Source: Bacteroidia bacterium
Lineage (GTDB): Bacteria > Bacteroidota > Bacteroidia > NS11-12g > UBA955
NCBI GenBank assembly: GCA_044373665.1
Contig: JBIPNH010000004.1
Coordinates: 1,196 to 65,195, forward strand
Reading direction: 5' to 3'
Length of the DNA: 64,000 bases
The position numbers and the translations under genes are program-made. Positions 11,513 to 21,500 of the stretch are shown here, piece after piece. Within the stretch, counting starts at the first letter, position 1. Each line of letters opens with the position of its first letter. Below the pieces are notes generated by a model. It made no database searches, was not told the DNA's origin, and saw only the letters and a program-made list of their open reading frames with translations.

Positions 11513-11522
11513 TCTTTAAGAA

Positions 11523-12407
11523 TTACAATACATTGAGCAATTGTTCTTTAATCTTTTCGAGCTCTTCTTTCATTAAAATTACAGATTGTTGGATTGGGAA
11601 ATAGTTGGCTTTACTACCTATTGTATTTATTTCTCTTCCAATTTCTTGTGCTATAAAGTTCAATTTTTTTCCATTAGCTTCTTTTTCCAAGTTGTCCTTA
11701 AAGAATGACAAATGATGAGCTAAACGGCTTTTTTCTTCCGCAATATCATATTTTTCTAGATAATAAATCAGCTCTTGTTCATACCTGTTTTTATCTATGT
11801 TTTTCTCTTCGTTGTTTTCTATTAGAGATAACCACAATTTCTCTTTAACACTTTCTTTTCGTGGACCTTCATGAATGGCGATTTCTTCCAAATGTGAGGA
11901 AATAACAGACAAACAATCTAATAGATACTGACTTATGAAAGTACCTTCAGTAATTCTAAATTCATCAAATTGAACAAAAGCATTTTCGATATTTTCTTTT
12001 ATCACCTTCCAATCTTCCTCAAACTTTTCCGATTCGTCGTATTTAAGTACCTCGGGCAATGAGATAACCGTATTAAAAATGGTATCAGTTGGTAAATTCA
12101 ATGACTGTGCTAATGCTATTAATTTTTCTGAATATGATTTTGCTAAAGGTAAGTTAATACTCATAGAATCATTATTCATTTCACTTTCTTTTCTTTCGGC
12201 AGATAAATTAACAGAAACAGAACCTCTTCCAATTTTAGCTGTAAGCAACTGTCTTATTTCGATATCTTTGTCTTTAAAACTTTTTGGCAACCTGACTGTA
12301 AGTTCCAAAAACTTATTATTTAAAGATTTTATTTCTGTTTTTATTCTCCAATTTTGGTTTTCAGTTTCTGAAATACCATAACCGGTCATGCTTTTGATTT
12401 GTGCCAT
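11523..12407 (-). CDS. yicC: YicC-family stress-induced protein
   Basis: 294 aa; IKSMTGYG N-terminus and C-terminal EIGREINTIGSKA motif. Confidence 0.85.
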   Translation of the reverse strand: MAQIKSMTGYGISETENQNWRIKTEIKSLNNKFLELTVRLPKSFKDKDIEIRQLLTAKIGRGSVSVNLSAERKESEMNNDSMSINLPLAKSYSEKLIALAQSLNLPTDTIFNTVISLPEVLKYDESEKFEEDWKVIKENIENAFVQFDEFRITEGTFISQYLLDCLSVISSHLEEIAIHEGPRKESVKEKLWLSLIENNEEKNIDKNRYEQELIYYLEKYDIAEEKSRLAHHLSFFKDNLEKEANGKKLNFIAQEIGREINTIGSKANYFPIQQSVILMKEELEKIKEQLLNVL

Positions 12408-13201
12408 TTTAATTTACTTGAGGTAATGTATACGCCTGCAAAAATCAACAAAGTTGACAATATTTTATGCATTGTTAAGGTATCTTTTTGCAAAATAATT
12501 GCGATAATGGTTGCCAAAATAGGTTGTAAATAGATGTAAGCGCCCACCAGAGTAGGACCAGCCTTGCGTATTGCCCAAGCGTTTAATAAATAAGTAATAA
12601 AGGTTGTAAAGACTATTACAAACACTATTTTCATTACAATATCAGTATTCATCTCCGAAAAATGCGCATTACTTAACTCTTGCCATCCGAATGGAATTAC
12701 CATTAATGAACCAATACTAAAGGTGTATTTTGATACAGTCATCATGTGATATTCTTTTAATAAATCGCGTGCCAACACCAAATAAAAAGCGTAAGAAATA
12801 GCATTCAGAACTATTAAAATATCACCTGTAACGGTAGTTGACGAAAATTTAAATTGATTCCCCGACATGAGCCACAAACAACCCAAACAAGCCAACAAGA
12901 TTCCCAAAACTTGACTTACAACAACTGCTTGTTTATTGATAAAAACATTGAGTAAAAACACAAATATGGGGGTTGCTAACATTAACACAGCGCCGTTGAT
13001 TGGGGTGGTAATTTCTAGTCCCTTAAAAAACATCAACATATTGGCAGCTACACCAAATAAACTACATAACAAAAAACGAGGTCCATGTTTTTTCCAATTT
13101 ACTTTTTCGTTTTTGAATGCCAAAGAAGCGGTCCAAAATAACAAAGCGGCACCTGTTACTCGTAAAATAATAAAACCAAACCCTTGAATATAGGTCGGCA
13201 T
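12386..13201 (-). CDS. EamA/DMT-family transporter (true start probably upstream of the annotated ATG)
   Basis: Polytopic membrane ORF with two EamA-like halves. The in-frame upstream sequence to the stop at about 13287 (TLFTINSLVHIALFAVSFIYALTFSIVKDI-MPTY...) looks like the conserved first TM helix but contains no ATG/GTG/TTG. Confidence 0.75.
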   Translation of the reverse strand: MPTYIQGFGFIILRVTGAALLFWTASLAFKNEKVNWKKHGPRFLLCSLFGVAANMLMFFKGLEITTPINGAVLMLATPIFVFLLNVFINKQAVVVSQVLGILLACLGCLWLMSGNQFKFSSTTVTGDILIVLNAISYAFYLVLARDLLKEYHMMTVSKYTFSIGSLMVIPFGWQELSNAHFSEMNTDIVMKIVFVIVFTTFITYLLNAWAIRKAGPTLVGAYIYLQPILATIIAIILQKDTLTMHKILSTLLIFAGVYITSSKLKWHKSKA

Positions 13202-13373
13202 AATGTCTTTTACTATACTAAATGTAAGCGCATAAATAAAAGAAACCGCAAAAAGTGCTATGTGGACAAGGGAATTGATAGTGAATAAAGTTTAAATATA
13301 AACAGTTTGTTTTAAGGTCGCGAAGTTCTGTCTTTTTTAAGACTCCAAAAAATATAAAATAGCCTATTTTAAA

Positions 13374-14003
13374 TTAAATTTCCTTTAAGGGAGAATCTGT
13401 TTTGGCATAAGATAGTCGTGCCAATCGATTGGTTTTATGATAGGAATCTAATCCAGAAACAGTCATAGAACCCGCTTTTTCAATATCAACAAAACCATCC
13501 TCAAGAACATAATCACCTTGCATGATAACTTCTTTAATTTTACCAATGACAAGCAGTGATTTGTTTAACTCTATTTCTATCACTTGAACCAATTCGCATG
13601 CAAACTTAATTGGACTTTCCGTTACATAAGGTGCCATTGAAAGAGATGAATATTCTTCGGTTAATCCTACTTCATTAAATTCAGATTGATGACTTAAGTA
13701 TCTAGCAGATGTTTGGTGTGCTTGTTTATAAAAAGATTCATTGACATGGTTTACTGTAAAACATTTGGTTTCCAAAATATTTTCATAGGTATGTCTTTCT
13801 ACCGAAGCAGGTCTTACTAAAATGGAACACAAAGGAGGATTTGCTCCTAAGTGCATTAATGAATTAAATACCGCTAAATTGGTTTGTTTTTCAGAATTTG
13901 TAGTCCCTATTAAAACCAAACTTTTAAAACCACCCAAAGAATTAAAAAAGCTCGCTCTGTAGCGTTGCTCCATGGTCAAAAAATCGTTTTCAGTAAATTG
14001 CAT
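13374..14003 (-). CDS. flavin reductase-like (FMN-binding split-barrel) protein
   Basis: 209 aa; general resemblance to the flavin reductase domain family (weak, by eye). Its start overlaps the SDR stop by 1 nt (TAATG). Confidence 0.55.
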   Translation of the reverse strand: MQFTENDFLTMEQRYRASFFNSLGGFKSLVLIGTTNSEKQTNLAVFNSLMHLGANPPLCSILVRPASVERHTYENILETKCFTVNHVNESFYKQAHQTSARYLSHQSEFNEVGLTEEYSSLSMAPYVTESPIKFACELVQVIEIELNKSLLVIGKIKEVIMQGDYVLEDGFVDIEKAGSMTVSGLDSYHKTNRLARLSYAKTDSPLKEI

Positions 14004-14719
14004 TACATTTTAATTGAAGACATTCCTCCATCAACATGTATAATTTGTCCGGTAATCCATGAGGAGCTTGGGTATAGTAAAAACTTAGTTATTTCGGCGA
14101 TATCTCCTGCGGTTCCAATTCTTTGAAGCGGGTGTCTTTTGGCTGAAGCTTCAATTTTTTCGGGAGTATTGGTTAGCTTATCAGACAAGGGCGTTTGGGT
14201 GAGTGAGGGAGCTACGGCATTAACTCTAATTTTAGGTGCAAACTCAGCAGACAATGATTTTACTAAGCCTTCAATAGCTCCTTTAGAAGCAGCAACACTG
14301 GCATGGAAAGGCATACCCATAGATACCGCAACGGTACTATAAAAAACCACACTTGCTTGTTCACTTTTTTTCAAATTTGGCAATACCATTTGTAATAGTT
14401 TAATACCAGACAAGACATTGATTTGCCAATCCAAATTAAAATCGTCCATAGACAAACGGTTGAATGGTTTTAAGTTGATACTACCCGGGCAGTATACAAA
14501 GCCATCTATTTGTTCAGGAAGCAATTGTACATCCAATGACAAGTCGGTAACATCTGTAGGAATAAAAGTAAGATTTGGGCTTTCTAAAAGCGATTCAGAA
14601 GTTCGGGCTAAAACCCAAACATGGTGTTGATCATTTAATAACTTTTGGACTAAATCGAGCCCAATTCCTTTACTTCCACCTACTACAATATAATTTGACA
14701 TTGTAAGATAAACAATCAA
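14003..14719 (-). CDS. SDR-family oxidoreductase, atypical active site
   Basis: GGSKGIG cofactor motif, NAVAPS, HVDGG. The expected YxxxK reads VAASK (FHASVAASKGA). The start may be the internal MSNYIVVGG (14701). Confidence 0.75.
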   Translation of the reverse strand: MIVYLTMSNYIVVGGSKGIGLDLVQKLLNDQHHVWVLARTSESLLESPNLTFIPTDVTDLSLDVQLLPEQIDGFVYCPGSINLKPFNRLSMDDFNLDWQINVLSGIKLLQMVLPNLKKSEQASVVFYSTVAVSMGMPFHASVAASKGAIEGLVKSLSAEFAPKIRVNAVAPSLTQTPLSDKLTNTPEKIEASAKRHPLQRIGTAGDIAEITKFLLYPSSSWITGQIIHVDGGMSSIKM

Positions 14720-14736
14720 ATTTAAAATAGGTTCAT

Positions 14737-14770
14737 AAAAAAAGCCATCCGCTTTTGGCGAATGGCTTTT
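14737..14770 (-). terminator. rho-independent terminator after the third giant T9SS gene
   Basis: GCCATCCGC-TTTTG-GCGAATGGC hairpin (8/9 bp) followed on the minus strand by T7, about 25 nt after the stop at 14791. Confidence 0.6.
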
Positions 14771-14790
14771 TACAATTTTATAGCAATCGA

Positions 14791-17700
14791 TTATTGAATG
14801 ATTACATTCTTAGTTGTAGTCTGTTGATTATGTTGAATAGTAAATGAGTAAATACCTTTACTGAATTGAGACAAATCAACATTAATATCGCCAATTACTT
14901 CTTCATAATTTTTGTTAATTACGATTTGACCAAGGCTGTTGTATACTTTCAAACTCACTTGGTTTACGTTATTATCAAATTTCACATTCACTAAACCATT
15001 AGATGGGTTAGGGTAAATAGAAATAGACTGAGCGAATAATTGATTTAAATCTGTTGCAACATCTACACATTTGGTAGTTTTACATTCACATCCTGCTTGA
15101 TTGGAAGCAATCATGGTTACACAGTAGCGAATATCTGTATTAAAGGTGTAAGAAGTGCCTGCTGAAGTAGAATTTAATCTATTTCCATCACCCATAATCC
15201 AAGTGTAGTTGATACCAGAAGTAGAACCTCCAATTGGAGTAAAGTTGAATTTTTTTCTATCTACGTTCCAATCTCTAGTAAAGTTGAAGTCGCAAGTAAC
15301 TGGCGCTTGAGAAATATCAATAACTTTAGTTGCAGAATCTTTACAACCATCTTGAACATCGGCTACTAATTTAACAGTAAATGATTGCGCATTGGTATAA
15401 GTATATGTTGGAGAAAAAGTGGTAGAACTTCCACCATCACCAAAGCTCCATTTATAAGTTACATTACCAAAACGGGCACTTGTTAAATTTGTAAAGATAG
15501 CTTCATTACCTTGGCATTGGTTTTCGAACTCAAAATCAACTAATGGCTGAACACCGACAGAGATAACTTTAGTTATTTCTGAGCTACATCCATTGGCTAG
15601 TTCTGTTTTAAGAGTTACATTACGTGGTCCTAAAGAAGACCAAGTTCTAACAGGACTAGTTACGTTAGAAGTGCCATTTCCAAAAGTCCAAGTATATTTC
15701 AAAAGACTTTCATTGAATAGATTACTTAAGTTAGTAAATGGAGTAGCGGCACGTTCACAAGCAAATGGATATGAAAAATTGGTAACAGGTGCTTGTTTTA
15801 CATCAATAGGTTTGGTGATAGAATCTCTGCAACCAAATTCAGAAATATTGGTCAATTCAACCATTTTAGTACCTGCATTTTGGAAAGTGTATTCAGTATT
15901 AAAATCAGAACCTATATTACCATTGTCACTAAAATCCCATTTATTTCCGAACGAACCAAATTTTATGTTTGATGTATTCACAAATTGGAATGGCTTATTA
16001 GAACAGCTTCCACTTACTAACTCAAAATTAGGATTTGGCTTAGCGAATTGGTAGGCAGTTTTTGTTAGTTTATTAATACAACCTGCAGATTCAGCAGTAA
16101 GAGTTACCCTGTATCCACCTGAGTTAGAATAACGTTTAAAAACAGAATTATTGTTAGAGGTATTCACTAGAGGACTTCCATCTCCGAAATCCCAAGTGTA
16201 GTTAAGAGCTCCAAAACTAATTGTTGTATTATTATTGAATCTAATATCTTGACCTTCACAGGCATTAATTGGCGTAAAAGCAATATTAGGCAATTCACCA
16301 ACAGAAATATTAATTGTGGTGTCTTTGGTTACTTTCCATAAATCATTAGTTGCAATGAGTCTAACAGATTTAACACCCGATGAAGTATAAGTATGGTTTG
16401 GTGTATTCAAATCAGAGGTATCCCCATCACCAAAGTACCACTTATAGGTCATAAATCCGGAGTGTATGGTGCTTAAATTTTCAAAAATTACAATATCACC
16501 GACGCAAATAGAATTATTAACACTAAAATTAGGTTTAGGCGTTGGGGCAACCACAATGGTTCTACTCAGTGTTGAATCGCAGAAATGTGGACCTAAGTCA
16601 GAATAATTAATTGAGAAAGTAATAAAACTATCTAAGTACGTTGAAGTAGGAGTAAATGTTAAGCTACCAACTGTAGAGCTACTTGGCGCTACAACGCTGT
16701 AAGCAGTTGAAGGCACCAAAACACCTCTTCTAGTTCGAGCAGTTACTGAATTGATAATCCAAGTTGAACCATGTCCACCATTGGTAAATCCTGTTGGAGG
16801 AGTTAATTCATAAATCACTGTTTTACCAACTTCGATTACATCAGGATTGAACAATAAACCGCCTTTGAACAAACCTTGAAATACAGAACCTTTTACAACA
16901 TCAGCACCAATAGGCCTAGGTTTTACTGTTACAACATAAGGCACACGAGTAGTGTTATAACATTGTTTTCTGTATAACATAGTAACATCTGGTTGATATG
17001 CCGCTAAAATTTGAGTAGCTCCAAATTTACCAATGATAACACTTCCCCCTGTTTGGATAGCCATTTCAGAATTAGAAGGACCTGCGCCACCAAAGGTTGA
17101 GTATATAGCATTTCCTGCGCCAAGAGTAATGTCTGTTGTAAAATAAAAACTATAAGTACCTGCAGGCAACATAATTTGTTTTGCCGAAACTTTAGCATAA
17201 TTCAAACCATTTACATTCACAAAACTTGCGACACCTTCATTTAATTTGGTCCAAGCAGCGTTGTTGGATTGAAAGCCAGTGTAAGCACCTGTTTTATAAT
17301 ACAATTGATAGCCAGTATTTGTAGGAGTTGCGTACCACAATCTTAACATCATTGAATCGAGGACTAAGTCATTAAGTACATTGACTGTAAACATACCACC
17401 ATAATCATTGGTCTGAGTTACGTTTACACCAGTTGTTCCGTTGAAAACCAATGTGTTATTTCTTGATGCTATTTTAGTACTTTGGGCATAAAAAGTTCTT
17501 GAAGATGTTAAGAAAGGCCCTTTAGCTTTTTTTCCAATTGTAAACGGCAATCCACCTGTAGCTTGATCGTACCATAAAATACTATCACCATTGTTATCAG
17601 GAGTAGCCATTAAACTTGAAAAACCCTGTCCACATTGGGTAGAGTTACTAACTGTAGGTGCATTGGGGTTACCCAAAAACTCTATTAACCTTGTAAAACG

Positions 17701-18489
17701 GTCATTTGCAGCGCCAGAATCTGTAGAAAAACCATTTGGCATTGTAGTCCAAGCCTCTACATTATAATTGGTGCTAGGCGCAAAATTAAAATTAGGATTT
17801 AAAGTAATACTTGTAGATTGTCCAGTCAACAAACTAGTTGTAAGGTATTGAGTTGTTTGAGGCACACCGTTAACAGACCAATTTAAGCGAACACTGTCTA
17901 ATCTTCTTAAACCATAATTAAAGACAGTTGCACTTAATTGTTGAGGCGAATTACATATATCAGGATTGGTAATAAAATTAACGCCAGCATCATTTCTAAA
18001 GCTTGGTCCAAATATTTCTATTTCTCTAAAATTAGGATTAGACAATTGTCCAGTTCCTTGCATTAAAAAAGATGTAAAACGAATACGAGAAGTAGTCACT
18101 GCATTAATATTGACAGTGTTGATACATTGCATTGTTAGGTTGGTAAAAGACCCAACATTGACCCAAGAGGAGCCATTCCAAGATTGTATTGTTGCGCCTG
18201 TTAAAAATCGTCCTGTATTTTGAGCATGATGAATCACAAATTGATTAATGGCTCTTGGGCTTGACCAATCCCATTGAATCCAATTCACACCAGGTGTCGG
18301 ATCAGGAGGGGTACCAGTTGTAATCCACATTTGTTGCGTACCACAAGTTCCAAAATTCAAATCATTTAAAGTACCACAAGCCCCAGTATTACAGGTGCTA
18401 GCAGTAGCAGTTGCTAATGGTGCAATGTTTTGACCATACACATTGAAGGTCAAAAACATCAAAGTGAAGTAAAAATAAACCTTTTTCAT
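14791..18489 (-). CDS. giant secreted protein P3: discoidin-like head, six PKD-like modules, T9SS type-A CTD
   Basis: 1232 aa; signal peptide MKKVYFYFTLMFLTFNVYGQ. First ~160 aa resemble a galactose-binding/F5-8 type C domain (ending FREIEIFG). Repeated W.FGDG PKD motifs; C-terminal SIYPNPSNGLVNVKF...NVIIQ. Confidence 0.85.
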   Translation of the reverse strand: MKKVYFYFTLMFLTFNVYGQNIAPLATATASTCNTGACGTLNDLNFGTCGTQQMWITTGTPPDPTPGVNWIQWDWSSPRAINQFVIHHAQNTGRFLTGATIQSWNGSSWVNVGSFTNLTMQCINTVNINAVTTSRIRFTSFLMQGTGQLSNPNFREIEIFGPSFRNDAGVNFITNPDICNSPQQLSATVFNYGLRRLDSVRLNWSVNGVPQTTQYLTTSLLTGQSTSITLNPNFNFAPSTNYNVEAWTTMPNGFSTDSGAANDRFTRLIEFLGNPNAPTVSNSTQCGQGFSSLMATPDNNGDSILWYDQATGGLPFTIGKKAKGPFLTSSRTFYAQSTKIASRNNTLVFNGTTGVNVTQTNDYGGMFTVNVLNDLVLDSMMLRLWYATPTNTGYQLYYKTGAYTGFQSNNAAWTKLNEGVASFVNVNGLNYAKVSAKQIMLPAGTYSFYFTTDITLGAGNAIYSTFGGAGPSNSEMAIQTGGSVIIGKFGATQILAAYQPDVTMLYRKQCYNTTRVPYVVTVKPRPIGADVVKGSVFQGLFKGGLLFNPDVIEVGKTVIYELTPPTGFTNGGHGSTWIINSVTARTRRGVLVPSTAYSVVAPSSSTVGSLTFTPTSTYLDSFITFSINYSDLGPHFCDSTLSRTIVVAPTPKPNFSVNNSICVGDIVIFENLSTIHSGFMTYKWYFGDGDTSDLNTPNHTYTSSGVKSVRLIATNDLWKVTKDTTINISVGELPNIAFTPINACEGQDIRFNNNTTISFGALNYTWDFGDGSPLVNTSNNNSVFKRYSNSGGYRVTLTAESAGCINKLTKTAYQFAKPNPNFELVSGSCSNKPFQFVNTSNIKFGSFGNKWDFSDNGNIGSDFNTEYTFQNAGTKMVELTNISEFGCRDSITKPIDVKQAPVTNFSYPFACERAATPFTNLSNLFNESLLKYTWTFGNGTSNVTSPVRTWSSLGPRNVTLKTELANGCSSEITKVISVGVQPLVDFEFENQCQGNEAIFTNLTSARFGNVTYKWSFGDGGSSTTFSPTYTYTNAQSFTVKLVADVQDGCKDSATKVIDISQAPVTCDFNFTRDWNVDRKKFNFTPIGGSTSGINYTWIMGDGNRLNSTSAGTSYTFNTDIRYCVTMIASNQAGCECKTTKCVDVATDLNQLFAQSISIYPNPSNGLVNVKFDNNVNQVSLKVYNSLGQIVINKNYEEVIGDINVDLSQFSKGIYSFTIQHNQQTTTKNVIIQ

Positions 18490-18508
18490 TATTAATGGAT
18501 ATTTTATT

Positions 18509-18549
18509 AAAAAACCAAGCGCACGAACATCGCTTAGTTCGCACGCTTG
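18509..18549 (-). terminator. hairpin/terminator between second and third giant T9SS genes
   Basis: CAAGCG(CA)CGAAC-loop-GTTCG(CA)CGCTTG stem (11 bp plus a 2-nt internal mismatch) followed by T6 on the minus strand. It lies 15 nt after the P2 stop and about 25 nt before the P3 start. Confidence 0.5.
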
Positions 18550-18563
18550 ATTAAAATTTTATT

Positions 18564-21500
18564 TTATTGAAGTACTACTCTTTTAGTAACACTTACTCCT
18601 TCAGAAATAATATTTACTGAATAAATACCTTTAGCAAAACCAGATAAATCTATTGAAAGATTGGCTGTTGCGGTAGTATTATTTTGAGTAAACACCAATT
18701 GACCTAATTGGTTAAATACTTTAACTTGTGGATTGTTTGCAACATTTCCGTTAAAGTCTATATTAACAATTCCATTACTTGGATTAGGGAATAAGTTGAT
18801 AGAGTTCTCAATTGATTTTACCACGTCTACATCAACTGTGCTGTTGATACATCTAGGCCAGTAAGTGTAAACAACTTGTCTAGTTAATGGCGCAGAAGTA
18901 TTGTTACTTGGGTCTTTTACTTTGTAAGTAATGTAATAAATACCTTCTTCCATTGGGTTAACATTTTGATTTACGATTTCTACATTTGGTAACAAAATTT
19001 GAGGACCGTAGTAGTTGTCTGTAGAAGTTAAACCTGACATTGGCCAGATATTTTCACCAACACAACCATAGATAGTACCACCCCAAAGAACTGGAGCAAT
19101 TCTATCAATCACATTAACTGTTCTTGTTTTAATTGTTACGTTACCTGAACCATCTACTGCTTTAAACACTTCAGTGTAAGTTCCAACTTCATTTGGATTT
19201 ACATTTGAAGAAATTCTTGAGATACTCACTTGACCTTGTCCATAGTAATTATCAGTTGCAGAAGCTTGAACAGAAACATAAGGGATAGTTACATCATGTT
19301 CTACAATATCAAATGTATTTAAGTTGATAGTTGGAGGCACAAAATCATCTACTCTGTAGTTAACTACTTTTGGCGCAGATACATTTCCTTCAGCATCTTT
19401 TGCAGTGTAGGTTACTGTATAGGTTCCTTTTAAACTTGAATTAACCACTTCTGGGAACCAAGCTTTCATTAATTCTGGATTATTGTCATAAGCATCTTCA
19501 GCAAATGTTTGGTCGATCCATAATGTTCCTATTTGAATAGAAGTGTCACCTGTACCTTTAATAAGTGGTGCTTTTGTATCTTCTACACAAACATTTCTAG
19601 TTATAGTTGCTAAGTTACCTGCAAAATCTCTTACTGAATAAGTAATTGTGTAATTTCCAACCTCACGTGTATTTACAGTACCGCTTGTACGAATAGCAGA
19701 TGTTAAGTTAACAAATGGATTGGTATTAGATGCGGTTGCTCCCGGATCAACATAAGGTATATTGTTACGGTCAACTTCAATACAAGTTGAGCTACCAGGG
19801 TTTAAGGTAATTGTTGGAGGAGTCATATCATTCACAACTATTATAATTCTGCTCTTAGTTTCTGCTTTATTACCAGAATTGTCAGTTAAATTGTATTCAT
19901 ATGAATAAATACCAGTTACAGTAACATCTAAATCGTTAGTTGTTACAATTCTAGAAGTGATATTTCCTTCAGAGGCATCAAACCCTGTTGCGCCTGCATC
20001 TGTATATGTACCGTTAACTTCCATTCTTACAGTATCTTTTCCTAATAATGTAATGACTGGTTTCATGTTATCATTGAACAACACAATACCATAATCGTGG
20101 TATTGACCTGCAGTGGCTGGTCCACAAGGTGTGGTATTAGCATTATTAAAGTTAATTGCCAATCTTAAACGGGTTGTTCCTTCGAAAGAGTTACTCAAAC
20201 TAGGTACCGTAAAGTTAGCTGTGTAAGACAAATTACTTGTAGAAGATTCAAAGAAAATTTCTTCACCTGCATCATCAAAGTCACCATCGATGTTCCAGTC
20301 AATCCAACCTTTTCTGTTAGCTGGGTCAGCATTGGTGTTTCTTGCAACCTGAATGCTGTATGTTTTACCATATGTTAAACTAGCCACATTGTTTTTTGTA
20401 AAATTAAGATAAGCATCTGTATTGGTTGTGTAATTATCAATTAATGCATTATTTCCATCAGCTAAAACTACTTTATTAATCGTTAAATCAGCTGCATTAA
20501 CAAAAGAGCCTGGAGTGCAATATTGAACTGCACAAACGAATTTATTTTTAACAATTGTTTTTTCAGTTGCATTTTTGTTATTGCTGTTCCATGCTTTTAG
20601 TGTAATTGTATAGCAACCTGGTTGATTGAATCTAACCATTGGCGTTGGGATAGAATCACCTGGAGTACTTCTGTAATACACGAAACCTGTTCCTGAAACT
20701 GAAGGGCTAGTTGGAGCATTCACTAAAGTGTAAGTTGTTGGGAAAATAGACCATTCAAAACGGTTTGCATTGTCAGAAACAGGCATTAATCTAATGACGT
20801 CAGAAGTTACATTTGGTCTTCTGTTAGAAGCTGCTATGTCTAATGAAGTTTGAGTTTGAGGAGTAACAACAGAAATGGTGTTACAAGACTTTTTGTTTCC
20901 TACACAAGATTTAACTTCTAAACATACATTATAGTTACCATCTGTAGTAAAGTTATAATTAAAATCTTGTCTGTCATAAATACCTACTAAGTCACCATCA
21001 ACAGTCCAAGTCCAAGTTGGAACACCAACAACATCTTGAGTTGTATTGGTAAATCTAACAGGTGTATTGTTGTATGAAGGTGTTGTTGTAGGTGTAAAAG
21101 TTGGTGTAGGAGGATTAGCTGTCGCTAATTCAGAAACATAAGTTCCAATATAACCTGAGTCAACCACTGTACCATTTGAAACAAATAAAATGTACATACT
21201 TCCACTTGTTGCAGTTACAGAACGAGGCGTTGTTACACCATTAGTCCATGCAGCTAATTGAGTAGAACCGGGACCACCTGGGGTTTTACCGTCCCAAACA
21301 GTTAAAATATCAGATTTGTCTGCAAATTTCAATTGAGACATCGTTAAGGTTATTTTTTTAGCATTACATGGTGTTATACGAACGAAAGAACGGGTTCCTA
21401 AGCCTTGATTATTTCCGTAGTTCAAACCTGTTCCACCATTATCAATGATGGTTCCTGATGGACTTTCCACTACGTTGTCATTATTTGGACCATAAGAACC

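Noticed and set aside
15593-16054. 153-aa ORF antisense to P3, plus about 60 other short track ORFs nested antisense or out of frame in larger genes (for example 1375-1608, 1715-1957, 25039-25389, 39781-40128, 45983-46234)
   Set aside because: Each is fully contained in a longer ORF with clear family motifs. None has a recognisable motif. Such ORFs are typical shadow ORFs.
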